DNA from: Perkinsela sp. CCAP 1560/9
Taxonomy: Eukaryota > Protista > Euglenozoa: Kinetoplastea
Direction: 5' to 3'
Assembly: GCA_965644495.1 (NCBI GenBank)
Contig: CBFFSA010000020.1
Coordinates: 124,001-188,000 of the forward strand
DNA length: 64,000 nt
Numbering within the stretch: position 1 is the first letter of the stretch; each line of letters opens with the position of its first letter. The position numbers and the translations under genes were made by a program. The notes under the pieces are model-generated. The model saw only the letters and a program-made list of their open reading frames with translations, had not been told where the DNA came from and ran no database searches. This document shows, piece after piece, positions 11,684 to 22,700 of this stretch.

Positions 11684-13921
11684 ATGTCCTTTTCTCTGGA
11701 CCCCCACAACCCCTGCACCGTCACCACCCAGGGCTTCCCCCTCGATCTCCCGAAATGTCTCCCTAAGCTGTACGCCGCACTCGCGGGTCGTATTCTAAAG
11801 AATGACGGGATGAGTAACCCAAATAACGGGAATGAAACCCATAAGAACGAAAACTATCCCACGAAACCACAAAGTGTTTTAGGGGAGGATAAGATTTCCT
11901 CTTCTTCTTTCACCCCTCCCTATCTCCCTTCCTTGTTGGATTTACAACTTGGGGAGAATGGGAAAAAAGCCTTGTTGTTTTTTACCAATGAAACGGAGGC
12001 TCGGGTGGCCGCAGACGCCCTTCACGGGGTTGAGGGGTGGAGTGCGTGCCAAGGGGGGCAGGAGAGGAGCAAGGGAGGGGCAGGAGCAGGAGCAGGGAGA
12101 GGGGTGGTGGTGCCACCAAGTTTGATGAGCGCCTCGGTAGCTGCCGCGGAGGGGATTTCGAGTTCTTCGTTTTCGACAGTGAAGGCTTCGTCGGCGTGTT
12201 CTTCGTCGTCTTCGCCCGCAGGCGTGCACGATGTTTCGGGTTCAGCGCATAAAAGTAGCCGAGCGGGGGAGGATAACACACATGGGCGTAGTAATAAGTA
12301 TGGAAAAGAGGAGAAAAAAGAATTTAAGCCGGCGGGCTGGAAGAAGTCGACGAAGGCAGTGGATGAAAACGAGAACCGAATCGATGAGAGGAATACATTA
12401 GAAGCCGAAAAACAAGGTTCAGGTGCTACACATGCGGCGCACAAAGAGGAGTTACCTAGAAAATACCCACTACGTTCCCAAACCCCTCGTGAGGCTCCAC
12501 AGCCGATTGACATGGCACCGCGTGAAAATAAAAACACTCATTCATCAGCTACCTTGACGCAACCCAACGCTTCGCAAAACAAGCCCGTTTTACCGGAAAA
12601 TAGCACACTCCCTTCACGTAAACGAGGCAGTGCCACTCACCCCGAAGCCACCCATGAAAAATCAAAACTACGAAAACCCGAACACCCCCCTGCGTATGCA
12701 AAAGAGGCCAGCGAAACAGCCTCTGCGCACCCCTTTGAAAAGAGCCCACAAAAACAACACACCCATGGAAAGAAATCGCCCTTATCCCATCCCGCGGGCG
12801 CACCGGAGTCCGCCTCCTCCCCTGCTTTAGCGAAAGCTCCATTTCCAGCCCCACACCGCAGCCATAAAGATAAAGAGAAAGAAGTTTTGTATAACACAAA
12901 TAAAGAAAAAGCAGAGCACCAAAAAAAAGCAGAACAAAAAAAGGATGAAGCCTCGACGCCATCCCCGATGGAAACTTTGAATAACACAGAAAAAGAAATA
13001 AACCTAGAAAAAGATAAAACCAAAACAGAAAAGCCAATGACTGAAAAAGCAAATGCGGAGGTTATTGCTGAACGGTTACGGAGTAAAAAGAAGGTGGAGA
13101 GTGTCTTATCTCCGATGGCTGAAAAAGCGCAACCCCATGCGGGAGGCGTCGCCCAGAACTCAAATGCTGGATTCTTAGCCCACAAAAACAGCGCAGATCA
13201 CGTCGCCCATGAGAAGCTAAAGAACTTTGAGAAATCGCTGTCCCCAGTGTCTGCGGTCTCCTCCGGTTTTTTCTCTTCATCTTCCGCGTCCTGCCGGGTT
13301 CGTGTCTCCCCGTTGCCATTGTATGTCACCGAGGAGGTGTTGGAGGATCGTCTCGAGGCGAGTGAGATTGTGCCTTTAAAGTTTAGAATAGAAACAGAAT
13401 CGGTTGTGGAGAAGAAAGCACAAAAACAGGAAGATATAAAACCTAAAGATGAAAAAGGAAAAACAAGAGAAGAAGAAGAAGAGAAGAACATGAGAAATAA
13501 ACCGGAAACCTCCCCAGTACGATTTACGTTGTTGTTCTTTTCAAATGTCACCGATGCGAGGAATGCGATTTTGGGGATTCATCAGAAATGGAAATTCAAG
13601 GGTGTGCCTTGTGTGGCGCAGCTGGAGGAGAAAACGGTAGAGGAGAGGGATTGGGAGGCCGCGCTCTCGGTGGTGGGAAAACCGGAACACGCGGTTGTGG
13701 TGACGGGGTGGACAAACTTTGCGTGTACCGAATTGCTGCTATTTAAACTGTTTTCTCCTCTCGGGGCGTTGCTTGGGGCTCATGTGCTGAGCCCGCAGAA
13801 AGGGATGATTGAGTTTCGAAATGAAACGGAGGCCACGGCGGCGATCGCGTTTTCTACGACCCAAGGGTTTTTTATTAACCAGGAGCGCCTGTGGGCGTCG
13901 CGGTTGGTGCCACCGGAGTAG
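11684..13921 (+). CDS. RRM-type RNA-binding protein with a long disordered linker (745 aa)
   Basis: RRM-like segments ALLFFTNETEARVA, VRVSPLP..VTEEVL..LLFFSNVTDARNAI and LFKLFSPLG..GMIEFRNETEATAAI; pyrimidine-rich tract upstream of the ATG. Confidence 0.8.
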   Translation: MSFSLDPHNPCTVTTQGFPLDLPKCLPKLYAALAGRILKNDGMSNPNNGNETHKNENYPTKPQSVLGEDKISSSSFTPPYLPSLLDLQLGENGKKALLFFTNETEARVAADALHGVEGWSACQGGQERSKGGAGAGAGRGVVVPPSLMSASVAAAEGISSSSFSTVKASSACSSSSSPAGVHDVSGSAHKSSRAGEDNTHGRSNKYGKEEKKEFKPAGWKKSTKAVDENENRIDERNTLEAEKQGSGATHAAHKEELPRKYPLRSQTPREAPQPIDMAPRENKNTHSSATLTQPNASQNKPVLPENSTLPSRKRGSATHPEATHEKSKLRKPEHPPAYAKEASETASAHPFEKSPQKQHTHGKKSPLSHPAGAPESASSPALAKAPFPAPHRSHKDKEKEVLYNTNKEKAEHQKKAEQKKDEASTPSPMETLNNTEKEINLEKDKTKTEKPMTEKANAEVIAERLRSKKKVESVLSPMAEKAQPHAGGVAQNSNAGFLAHKNSADHVAHEKLKNFEKSLSPVSAVSSGFFSSSSASCRVRVSPLPLYVTEEVLEDRLEASEIVPLKFRIETESVVEKKAQKQEDIKPKDEKGKTREEEEEKNMRNKPETSPVRFTLLFFSNVTDARNAILGIHQKWKFKGVPCVAQLEEKTVEERDWEAALSVVGKPEHAVVVTGWTNFACTELLLFKLFSPLGALLGAHVLSPQKGMIEFRNETEATAAIAFSTTQGFFINQERLWASRLVPPE

Positions 13922-14351
13922 GGCTGAGAACGATTAGGGGAGATAGCGGAACATCACAGGATGCGTCGGAGATTTAATACGTGTGGACCACGTATTTTTT
14001 TTTTTTGAGTTTGTACTATATGATGATGAAATAAAGTGGTAAAGGTATTAGCGTTCATATTATACTTACCTTGCGCGCTTGTTGTTTTTCTTATTGTTTT
14101 TTCTTGTACTGTAAGTATGTCATTGTACTTTTTATCGATAAAGAATGTGAAGGCTAAAAACCTTTTTTAAAAGCATTTTATTGCACAACTAATATACCTA
14201 GCATTTGCAGGCTCTCATAAAGTTTCAAAAGGTAGCATTAACTCGCCTTCCATAGAAAGATCAAAAACATCTTTAGACATAAACTATTGATTCCGACATT
14301 CGGCTACCAACTCTCTTGTATTCCTATTCAAAATACTTGCTATTCTCCCCA

Positions 14352-14960
14352 ATGCTAGAACATCAGCCTCTCTCTGTTTTCATAGCCTCGGATACATTAC
14401 CTCTTCTGCCATCCAAAGTAGCGCGAGCCACTCTACCGCAAGAATACGATTTAGTGCGACTGATACAAAATGTGAAAAATCATCACCGCTCTTGGGACGC
14501 AAATACGCCTGCATGCGAATGGAGGGGGACCGTTTGTGATGCTCAGAAGGATATAGTAGAAATAGGATGGGAACTGAGTGATTTACATGGTGAGTTAAAT
14601 TGGAAATATTTGCCTCAAGAATTGCAAATCTTGTCGTTACATACGAATGCTTTATCGGGTGAAGTTCCCTTTGATCAACTGCCTTCGACAATGTTGCACC
14701 TTTCTCTGTTTTTTAACAAGTTCACGGGAACACCAAATTTTCTTTTTTTACCACCCCGCCTCAGCTATCTATCCATTAGTATGAATCAATTTGATGGCCA
14801 AGCAAATTTCTCGTCACTTCCAACAACTTTAAACTATTTGTATGTCAGAGACAACGAAGGGCTCAGTGGAACACTCCCAATCGAATCCATGTCGAGGGTC
14901 GGGTTTAGTTACAGTATTACAGGGACGCAGATTAAGGTGCATTACACCAACAGTGGATGA
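14352..14960 (+). CDS. Leucine-rich repeat protein
   Basis: KVARATLPQEYDL, WDANTPACEWRGTVC cap and about four LRRs. Confidence 0.88.
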   Translation: MLEHQPLSVFIASDTLPLLPSKVARATLPQEYDLVRLIQNVKNHHRSWDANTPACEWRGTVCDAQKDIVEIGWELSDLHGELNWKYLPQELQILSLHTNALSGEVPFDQLPSTMLHLSLFFNKFTGTPNFLFLPPRLSYLSISMNQFDGQANFSSLPTTLNYLYVRDNEGLSGTLPIESMSRVGFSYSITGTQIKVHYTNSG

Positions 14961-15035
14961 GAAAAGCACGAAATGGAAGAATTTTCCCGTTATCCTCGAA
15001 AATACAAATAGCCGTGCATAGTTGATCATTTTTTT

Positions 15036-16034
15036 ATGACGCCTGTCAACTTCAAATATTGTTTTACCCGTCGATTATCTCATTTACCCATTGCCTTAGC
15101 ACTTCATTTATTTTCTTCTACTATCGATTTCATGATACCAATTCTACATTTTTCGGACGAAGCGAAGCAACCAAATCGGTATGGATTACGGCTTAGCGAC
15201 AAAGACTCATCCGGTGCCAAAACATTAAGCGCTCATACGGCGCGTACACAGTCTCGCCCATCAAAGATAGGAAAGATAAACTTACCGCTAGAATTCGATC
15301 TTCTTCGAATGTTAAGCAATGTTACTGCTAGCTTTCAAGGTTACGACTGTCCCATAAAGTCCTGGAATGAATACACGCCAGCCTGTGAGTGGGAATACTT
15401 CAGGTGTAATTCACACGGTCAAGTGAACAGTCTCGAAGTTAGGGGAAACGAAAAGTTACGGGGTACCTTGCAGTGGGCATACATGCCCCAAACGTTCGAG
15501 TCCTTTTATATAGCGCGCCATGACCTGCAGGGGAGTATACCTTTGGAATATCTATCACGGGAGATGAAAGATTTTGATGTCAGCCATAACGCCTTCAATG
15601 GAAAATTGGATTTTCCACAGCTTCCTATAACGCTGGAGAAGCTTCGGTTAGGGGGGAACATGTTTGAGGGTACGCTTGATTTAACGAACCTTCCTATAGG
15701 CCTTACCGAGCTTCAGGCGAACAGCAACAAATTTTCCGGAAGTGTTGGCCTGAGTACTTTGCCTCCACAACTTAGAATGCTTGACCTTAGTGAAAACGCT
15801 TTTACCGGCACCCCGGATTTATGTTCTTTCCCACCTTGTCTACGAAAAGTATTTCTAAATGACAACGACTTCGATGGTTGCGCTCAATTTGATTTCCTTC
15901 ATGAAGGATTGCATGTGCTTCAGCTCTATAACAACCCTAATCTTTGTGGTCGAATAAATATGTCATTTCTGCCCACAAAATTGAGTATCTTTTCGATTCC
16001 GCACTACGACACGAACATTCAACATGGATATTAG
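15036..16034 (+). CDS. Leucine-rich repeat protein (alternative ATG at 15132)
   Basis: LPLEFDL, WNEYTPACEW cap and about seven LRRs; paralog of 18594-19475. Confidence 0.9.
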   Translation: MTPVNFKYCFTRRLSHLPIALALHLFSSTIDFMIPILHFSDEAKQPNRYGLRLSDKDSSGAKTLSAHTARTQSRPSKIGKINLPLEFDLLRMLSNVTASFQGYDCPIKSWNEYTPACEWEYFRCNSHGQVNSLEVRGNEKLRGTLQWAYMPQTFESFYIARHDLQGSIPLEYLSREMKDFDVSHNAFNGKLDFPQLPITLEKLRLGGNMFEGTLDLTNLPIGLTELQANSNKFSGSVGLSTLPPQLRMLDLSENAFTGTPDLCSFPPCLRKVFLNDNDFDGCAQFDFLHEGLHVLQLYNNPNLCGRINMSFLPTKLSIFSIPHYDTNIQHGY

Positions 16035-16238
16035 TTTTTCGGAGGAGAGAGGAGGAGAATAAATTGTATTTCTAGCAAACCGCGCTTTGTATTTGTCCCG
16101 GTGAAATAGCGAGCTACAGATGCAAGCCACATGTATAAACTACAGATACAATACACGGCCACGGTCGCGGTAACGAAGAATCATAAGAGAATAAAGGTAT
16201 TTCACAAGGTTTTTTGCGCTGCTGAGCGACGAAAAGTA

Positions 16239-16573
16239 CCGTCAAAGTACTTATTAACAATATTAATAATTAACGGAATGTCTTTTTGGGCAGAAATTAT
16301 TCCGTTCATTATTATTCCAATGATTTTTACTAAATTTCTACAAAACTTTAAGCGTCAAGAGAAGCGGTCTGCCGATACGTCTTAATCGATTCATCTTTTC
16401 GCGGTAACGTCGCTTTTTTTTTTCAGGAGAGAAATACGTCGAATTTTGTTGATAAACAGACCGCCCACTGACTAAAATTTTTGGGAAGATTTTGGTGAAA
16501 ATCTAAAAAAATATAATTATTCCGTTAATTATTATTCCAATGATTTTTATTCTGTTAATAAGTACTTTGACGG
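16239..16573. mobile_element. MITE with TA target duplication
   Basis: TA-CCGTCAAAGTACTTATTAACA ... TGTTAATAAGTACTTTGACGG-TA; absent from the paralogous 3' flank near 19670. Confidence 0.85.
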
Positions 16574-17559
16574 TATAACGAAAGTATAACAGAAATATCT
16601 TTTTTGACGTAACGATACAGGGGTGAACAGAAATCTTGCCCCCCCCCCCTGCGGAAAATTGATTGTTTTTATCCGTTTTTGCTCATCTTTGTAGCATTGC
16701 GGAGATCTCGTTTTCCTAGAGAAGGGCTTTGCCACCTTTTTTCATAGTGACCCCCTGGTGCTCATACGGCGACCCGAAAATCGACCAAAAACAACTCAAA
16801 TTTTGAAAATTAAGTGAGAAAATGCAGAAAATGCCGATCAGTAAGAACTAATACGTGATCTAAACTTTGTAGATTAGTACCCAGAAAGTCCGCCGTCATT
16901 TTCTAATACTATTCGTTTTTTTTTGGATTTAGGGTTTGTAGGTCTTGTTTTCATAGTTTCACAAAAGGGTAAAATGTACGTGACGGGTAAAAATTTGCTA
17001 AAAATCATGTTTTTTATCCCAGGAGAGCTCTAAGGAGCCATTAAGAAAGAAATGCAGCAAGACTATTCGCCATGAGAACGAGATTCATCAAACATTTTAG
17101 AAAAACTTTGGTCCTTTTCTGCTAATTTTTTAATATTCCTATACCTCGTAATATTCCTATACCCTCTTAATATTCCTACCAGGAATATTAACCCGGACAG
17201 TGGTTTAAAATAACCAATAAGAAACTTTTATGTTGTAATTTTAAAGTAGGCAACATTTTACCGGGCCGCTGTTGTTCGTGTGCTGTCCACTATTGTTGGA
17301 GGTACTGAATACCAGCGAGATTCGGTTTTCCGAGACCATTAATTTTTCGTGGATGTCTGCCTCCCTGAAGTTAGGAAACCGCCTATCAAGTTAGAGAATG
17401 GGTGATTTTCCGAATAACTTGCTCTGTCAAACACATTTGTGACAGTTTGTTCTTTGATTCGAAGGAGAATACGTTTCTCCGTATTTTTCAAAGCAACCCA
17501 ATCGTAAACCACGTAAAATAGAAAAGAATTCAAATTTATCATAATTAGCGGACACCCGC

Positions 17560-17965
17560 GTTCCTCCTTGTTCCGCGGAGGATAGTATCGCGGCGTTGCC
17601 TTTCTGAACAGCAACATTAATAGCTTGTAGTGCATGACGCAGGAAACCTTTCCTGTCCTGCGTATACCTTGCGATCTCCTTTAGGAGGAGTACGGTGCGC
17701 TTCCCTGTCACACCAAAAACGGTAAATGCAAGGGGGTAGAAATGCATATACCTTTTCGTCGCCATATCACTGTGCGCTTTTTCTTTTAAGCTTTCCACCC
17801 TTTCTAGAGTGTTGCCAGGTGCTACCCATTCGGCCTTAACATAAGAAGGGGCGAGGGGGTTAACGACGGTTACGTCCACCAGACATACCTTCCCTCCCGG
17901 CATAAAGCAGACGTCGGGGCCCCGACCATCGGAGAATCGGGGTTCATGATTGTCAGGAGTGAATT
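17560..17965 (-). pseudogene. 5'-truncated CRE-like retrotransposon (RLE domain only)
   Basis: EPRFSDGRGPDVCF...VDVTVVNPLAPSYV...FYPLAFT closely matches the C-terminus of the CRE ORF ending at 24374. Confidence 0.85.
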
Positions 17966-18176
17966 CAAATCAAATGCTCTCCTCATGCAGCGGAGAGGTT
18001 TCCTTCTCTATTTCGGCATGGGAGCGAAAGTTAAGGTAGTGTTAGTGGGAATGAAAAACTGGAGGGGACGTTACATGTGCAGGAAGTGGTAAAGGGTTTG
18101 AGGTACGATGTGAGGGAGAGGCGCATTTTTGTTAAAGCCGGCAGGGGGTCGCTGTACGCAAACCACTGCAATATTA

Positions 18177-18490
18177 CCGTATACCCCCCCCAGTAAGATA
18201 CCCCCAAGTAAGAGAGGTTTGACCCTTTTTGGGCTGACCCCGAGTAAGAGAGATTTGGCTTGGGAGCCCCACAGGGGGCGTATAGGTGGTAGGGGGTGGG
18301 TGTCTGCATGTTGGGGGTCTCGGGGGTAACCCAAAGAAGCGTTTTAACACGTTTCCAGAAGAAAAAATAGAAAAAATAGTCAAAAAAGTTGGGAGAAAAG
18401 AGGAAACTGGACAAAAAAGCATACCCCCCCAGTAAGAGAGATTTGGCCATTTCGGCCCAAAACCCATTCTCTTACTGGGGGGGTATACGG
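18177..18490. mobile_element. pogo-like MITE
   Basis: TA-CCGTATACCCCCCCAGTAAGA ... TCTTACTGGGGGGGTATACGG-TA; internal AGTAAGAGAG repeats. Confidence 0.88.
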
Positions 18491-18593
18491 TAATAAAGGA
18501 ATTTTTTGTCGTAGGTGCATTACCTTGTTTCTTAATTCCTATTGCCCAGTATATTTTTGTGTGGCGTATCTATTTATTTTTACTGTCCATTTA

Positions 18594-19475
18594 ATGGCAC
18601 TAAGTCTATGCTTTTTCGACAAAAAGGACCAGCCAAAGCGGGTCGGATTTCGGCTTAGCGATAAAGAGTCATCCGGCGCCAAAGTATTGAATGTTGATAC
18701 TGAATTTACAGAAATTCGCCCCTCGGAGACAGGCAAGATAAATCTGCCGCAAGAATTCGATCTCCTTCGAATGCTAAGCAACGTTACGAATTTAGACGAA
18801 AAAAACTGGAATGAATTCACGCCAGCCTGTGAGTGGCACCACGTAGTTTGCAATTCACATGGTGAAGTGAGTTATTTCAATGTCCGCCACTTTGGAGTGC
18901 GGGGTACCTTGCAGTGGGCATACTTGCCGCAAACACTGGAGGGCTTCTCTATGGCTGACAATGACCTGCGGGGGAGTATACCTTTGGAACATCTATCACG
19001 GGAGATGAAAGTGTTTGATGTTAGCCATAACGCCTTCAATGGTGAATTGAATTTTCCACAGCTTCCTATAACGCTGGAGAAGCTTCGGTTAGGGAGGAAC
19101 ATGTTTGAGGGTACGCTTGATTTAACGAACCTTCCTATAGGCCTTACGGAACTTCAGGCGAACAGCAACAAATTTTCCGGAAGTATCTGCCTAAGTACTT
19201 TGCCTCCACAACTTAGAATGCTTGACCTGAGTGAAAACGCTTTTACGGGCACCCCGGATTTATGTTCTTTCCCACCTTGTCTACGAAAAGTATTTTTGAA
19301 TGATAACAATTTCGATGGTTGCGCTCAATTTGATTTCCTTCATGAAAAATTGCAAGTGCTTCAGCTCTATAACAACCCTAATCTTTGTGGTCGAATAAAT
19401 ATGTCATTACTGCCCACAAAATTGAGTATCTTTTCGATTCCGCACTACGAAACGCAAATTCAACACGGATATTAG
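18594..19475 (+). CDS. Leucine-rich repeat protein
   Basis: Paralog of 15036-16034 with a near-identical C-terminal half; about 250 bp of 3' flank also duplicated. Confidence 0.9.
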   Translation: MALSLCFFDKKDQPKRVGFRLSDKESSGAKVLNVDTEFTEIRPSETGKINLPQEFDLLRMLSNVTNLDEKNWNEFTPACEWHHVVCNSHGEVSYFNVRHFGVRGTLQWAYLPQTLEGFSMADNDLRGSIPLEHLSREMKVFDVSHNAFNGELNFPQLPITLEKLRLGRNMFEGTLDLTNLPIGLTELQANSNKFSGSICLSTLPPQLRMLDLSENAFTGTPDLCSFPPCLRKVFLNDNNFDGCAQFDFLHEKLQVLQLYNNPNLCGRINMSLLPTKLSIFSIPHYETQIQHGY

Positions 19476-19780
19476 TTTTTCAGAGGAGACAGGAGAAGAA
19501 TAAATTGGTTTTCTAGCAAACCGCATTTTGTATTTCTCCCGGTAAAAAAACAGGCTCCAGATGCAAGCGACAGATATAAACTACAGGTACAATACACTGC
19601 CAAGGACACGATAGCGAAGAATCATAAGAGAGTAAGGTATTTTACAAAATGTTTTTTGTGCTGCTGTGCAACGAAAGTATAACACAATTAAAATATCTTT
19701 TTTGACGTAACGGTATTATTTTAACTATATTATTTTCACATGTGTTATTTGTAAGATGAATTATGTTGTTATTTTGTAAG

Positions 19781-22700
19781 ATGAACCACGATTTTCTGGG
19801 AACCTTCAACAAACACCAGCGAGATGATGGAGTGCCCTTCGGGCTGAAGAGGGAAGTGACGGCCAACCGGCTGTCATGTGCCGTCCGGGAGATAGAGAGA
19901 GAGTACCTGATGACAAGGGACGCCCTCTACACCGAGTGGCTAGACCTCCTCTGTCAGGACGCTCGCCAGGAATACAGACACTGTCAGCTTGTCATAGACA
20001 AAGCCCACCTTTGTCAGACCTGCGGACAAGTTTTTCGTGACCAGCGCCGCCTGATCGAACACAAAGCCGTCCATGAAGTGGCCGCGGCCCGAGCGATGGT
20101 TTCCCGCCTTTCCTCTGAGCACCGGCAGGGAGCCATGATGATTGCCGAACATCAGTGGGCCTCTGCCGCCGACCTCTTCGGCCGTCTCTTTCAAGAACTC
20201 CAAAACCTATATGCTCTCCCCCCCGGCCCCTCCCCCGGCCCCACCGAAATGCAAAACTTGGAGGTGGACGAACCTCCCCCTCCCTTTGCCGCCGAATCTC
20301 CCGCCCTCACAAACACCCTAACTGACGCCCCTAGCGGGCCTTACTCATCACCCCCCAACCAGCAAGGCGGACACCAACCCCCATGTTCGACGCAACTCCC
20401 CGAAGACAGTTGGACTAGGGTCAATTTACACCTCGGACCCCACTTAGCCGGACACATCCAGGTCCCCGTCCCGGCCAGAAACCCCCTACAAGGACTCGTA
20501 CAAGCAGTAGGCTTCACTTTGGGGGTCCCCCCCGACCGCATAAGCCTAACCCACGAACCGGGAGGGTCTTACCTCGAGACCGATGAGGACCTGGCAGAGG
20601 CCGAGTGCATTTGGGCCTCTCTGCTAACCCCAAACCATGGCCCCTCCCACGGTCCCCACGTCAAAGTCTTCGACGGATCGGCAGCAGGGGCAAGTATTGA
20701 GACGCCATCGGACCTCCCAGGTGAACACATCCCCTTTTTCCTATGTCACGCCCTGGGGATAGCCCAGTGCTTCGCAGGAGCCTGGACCCCGTTCGTGTCG
20801 GAGGACGGAACGGCTTGCTGGAGCTTCACACCGACGGAGGGTCTGATAGCCGACTCGGGATGGTCGGCCGAGTTAGTCCGATGTAACCTCCGCAGAGGGT
20901 GCATCGAGGCCAACCCGGGACCACGTCGCGGAAAACGGAAGAATACCTCGCCTAAATCCTCCTGCCCCGAGGACAGTAACCTCGTGAACACAACAGGACA
21001 GACGAGCCAGACGAGCACATACACCGAGGATACTCCCACCCCGCGACCAGACCTGCACAGTACAGACCCAAATTCCACATCCCAGCCTCAGGAGGGGGTC
21101 ATGCAGGACGCCTGCGTGGATAGCGCCGAGGCTGGCAGCCTCAGAGCGGGCCCGTATCCAAAATCCCATTGTAATGGGGGGCCCATCCTGACACCCAACA
21201 GCTCTTCATCGGGCCCTAAGTATACATCCCCTGTTCTGGGGGGGGCCATGCCGAATGCCAGCGAGGATTGCGCCGAGGCTGGCAGCCTCAGAGCGGGCCC
21301 GTATCCAAAATCCCATTGTAATGGGAGGCCCATCCTGACACCCAACAGCTCTCCATTGGGCCCTAAGCATACATCCCCTGTTCTGGGGGGGGCCATGCCG
21401 AATGCCAGCGAGGATTGCGCCGAGGCTGGCAGCCTCAGAGCGGGCCCGTATCCAAAATCCCATTGTAATGGGAGGCCCATCCTGACACCCAACAGCTCTC
21501 CATTGGGCCCTAAGCATACATCCCCTGTTCTGGGGGGGGGCCATGCCGAATGCCAGCGAGGATTGCGCCGAGGCTGGCAGCCTCAGAGCGGGCCCGTATC
21601 CAAAATCCCATTGTAATGGGGGGCCCACCCCGCTCTCTCGCGGGACGCTGATCGAGCACATCGCGGCGGCTGCAAATGTGCCCAAAATTCCTCAGCGGAC
21701 GACAGGAGAGGGGGGGTCATTGGTGGTGGGAGGGCCGTCTTCTATCATAGGAAACCTGCAATCCACCCCGACAACCCAGGGCGCTCCAATTGAGGAACGA
21801 GGACAAGCCCCTTCCCCCGAAAACTTAGCGGAGCTCCTCGGGAGGGGGTCCTTACGTAAACTCTATGCAATCCAATGCCCGGCATGGAAGGAATACACTG
21901 CCAGCGTATGCCATGACTTCCTAAACAAGTCAGCGGAGGGCAAGGTCGAGATGGCCTGGAACCTCCTCCTTGCCGTTAAACGCTTCCTCTTCCTCCCTGA
22001 GGACAAGCTGTCGCAACGACAGCTAGCACGCGAACTCAGAATGCGTGCCCACCTAGAGGGTTCGGAGACCTTGGCTCCATCCCCGAGTCAGGCCAACGGC
22101 CCCCCATGGTCCGTCAAAAAGAGGGTGGAGGAATTATGCAGGGCGGGATGCTTCTCTAGGGCAGCCAAAACGATGGAGGCGCCCCTCAATCCACCGGCCA
22201 ACCCCACGGCTGCCCTCGAACAGGCTAAGCGCCTACACCCCACAGGTGGGCCCTACACTGCGGGGAAATTCCGCTACAATAAAGACCGGCACGGAACCCT
22301 ACCCTCCCCTGCCGATGTGGCCAGGAAGGCTCAAAGCCTGGCCCCTATCCGCGCCCCAGGACCCACGGGGTGGACCAAGGAACTTCTCATCCCAGTCCTA
22401 ATGGAGGACGGACCCCGGGACTGTGTCACGTGGATAATCCACGGGATCATGACAAACTCCCTCCCCCCCTCAATGAGGGAACTGCTCACGGGGGCGTCCT
22501 TAAAACTCTTTACGAAACCGGACGCCCCGGCGGGGCACCACTCTTCCTACAGGCCCATCGCCATGGGGGAGTGCATCCTCAAGGTGGCGGGACTCCTTGC
22601 CCTGGAGAAAATCCGGGGACACCTCCCCACATACTTTCAGGGCATCCAGTTTGGAGCCCAATATACGCAGGGGTGTGAGCACATAATATACAATGTGCGG

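Noticed and set aside
11942-13551. Antisense and alternate-frame ORFs over the RRM gene and over the retrotransposon ORFs
   Set aside because: Shadow ORFs of long coding regions with no recognisable motifs
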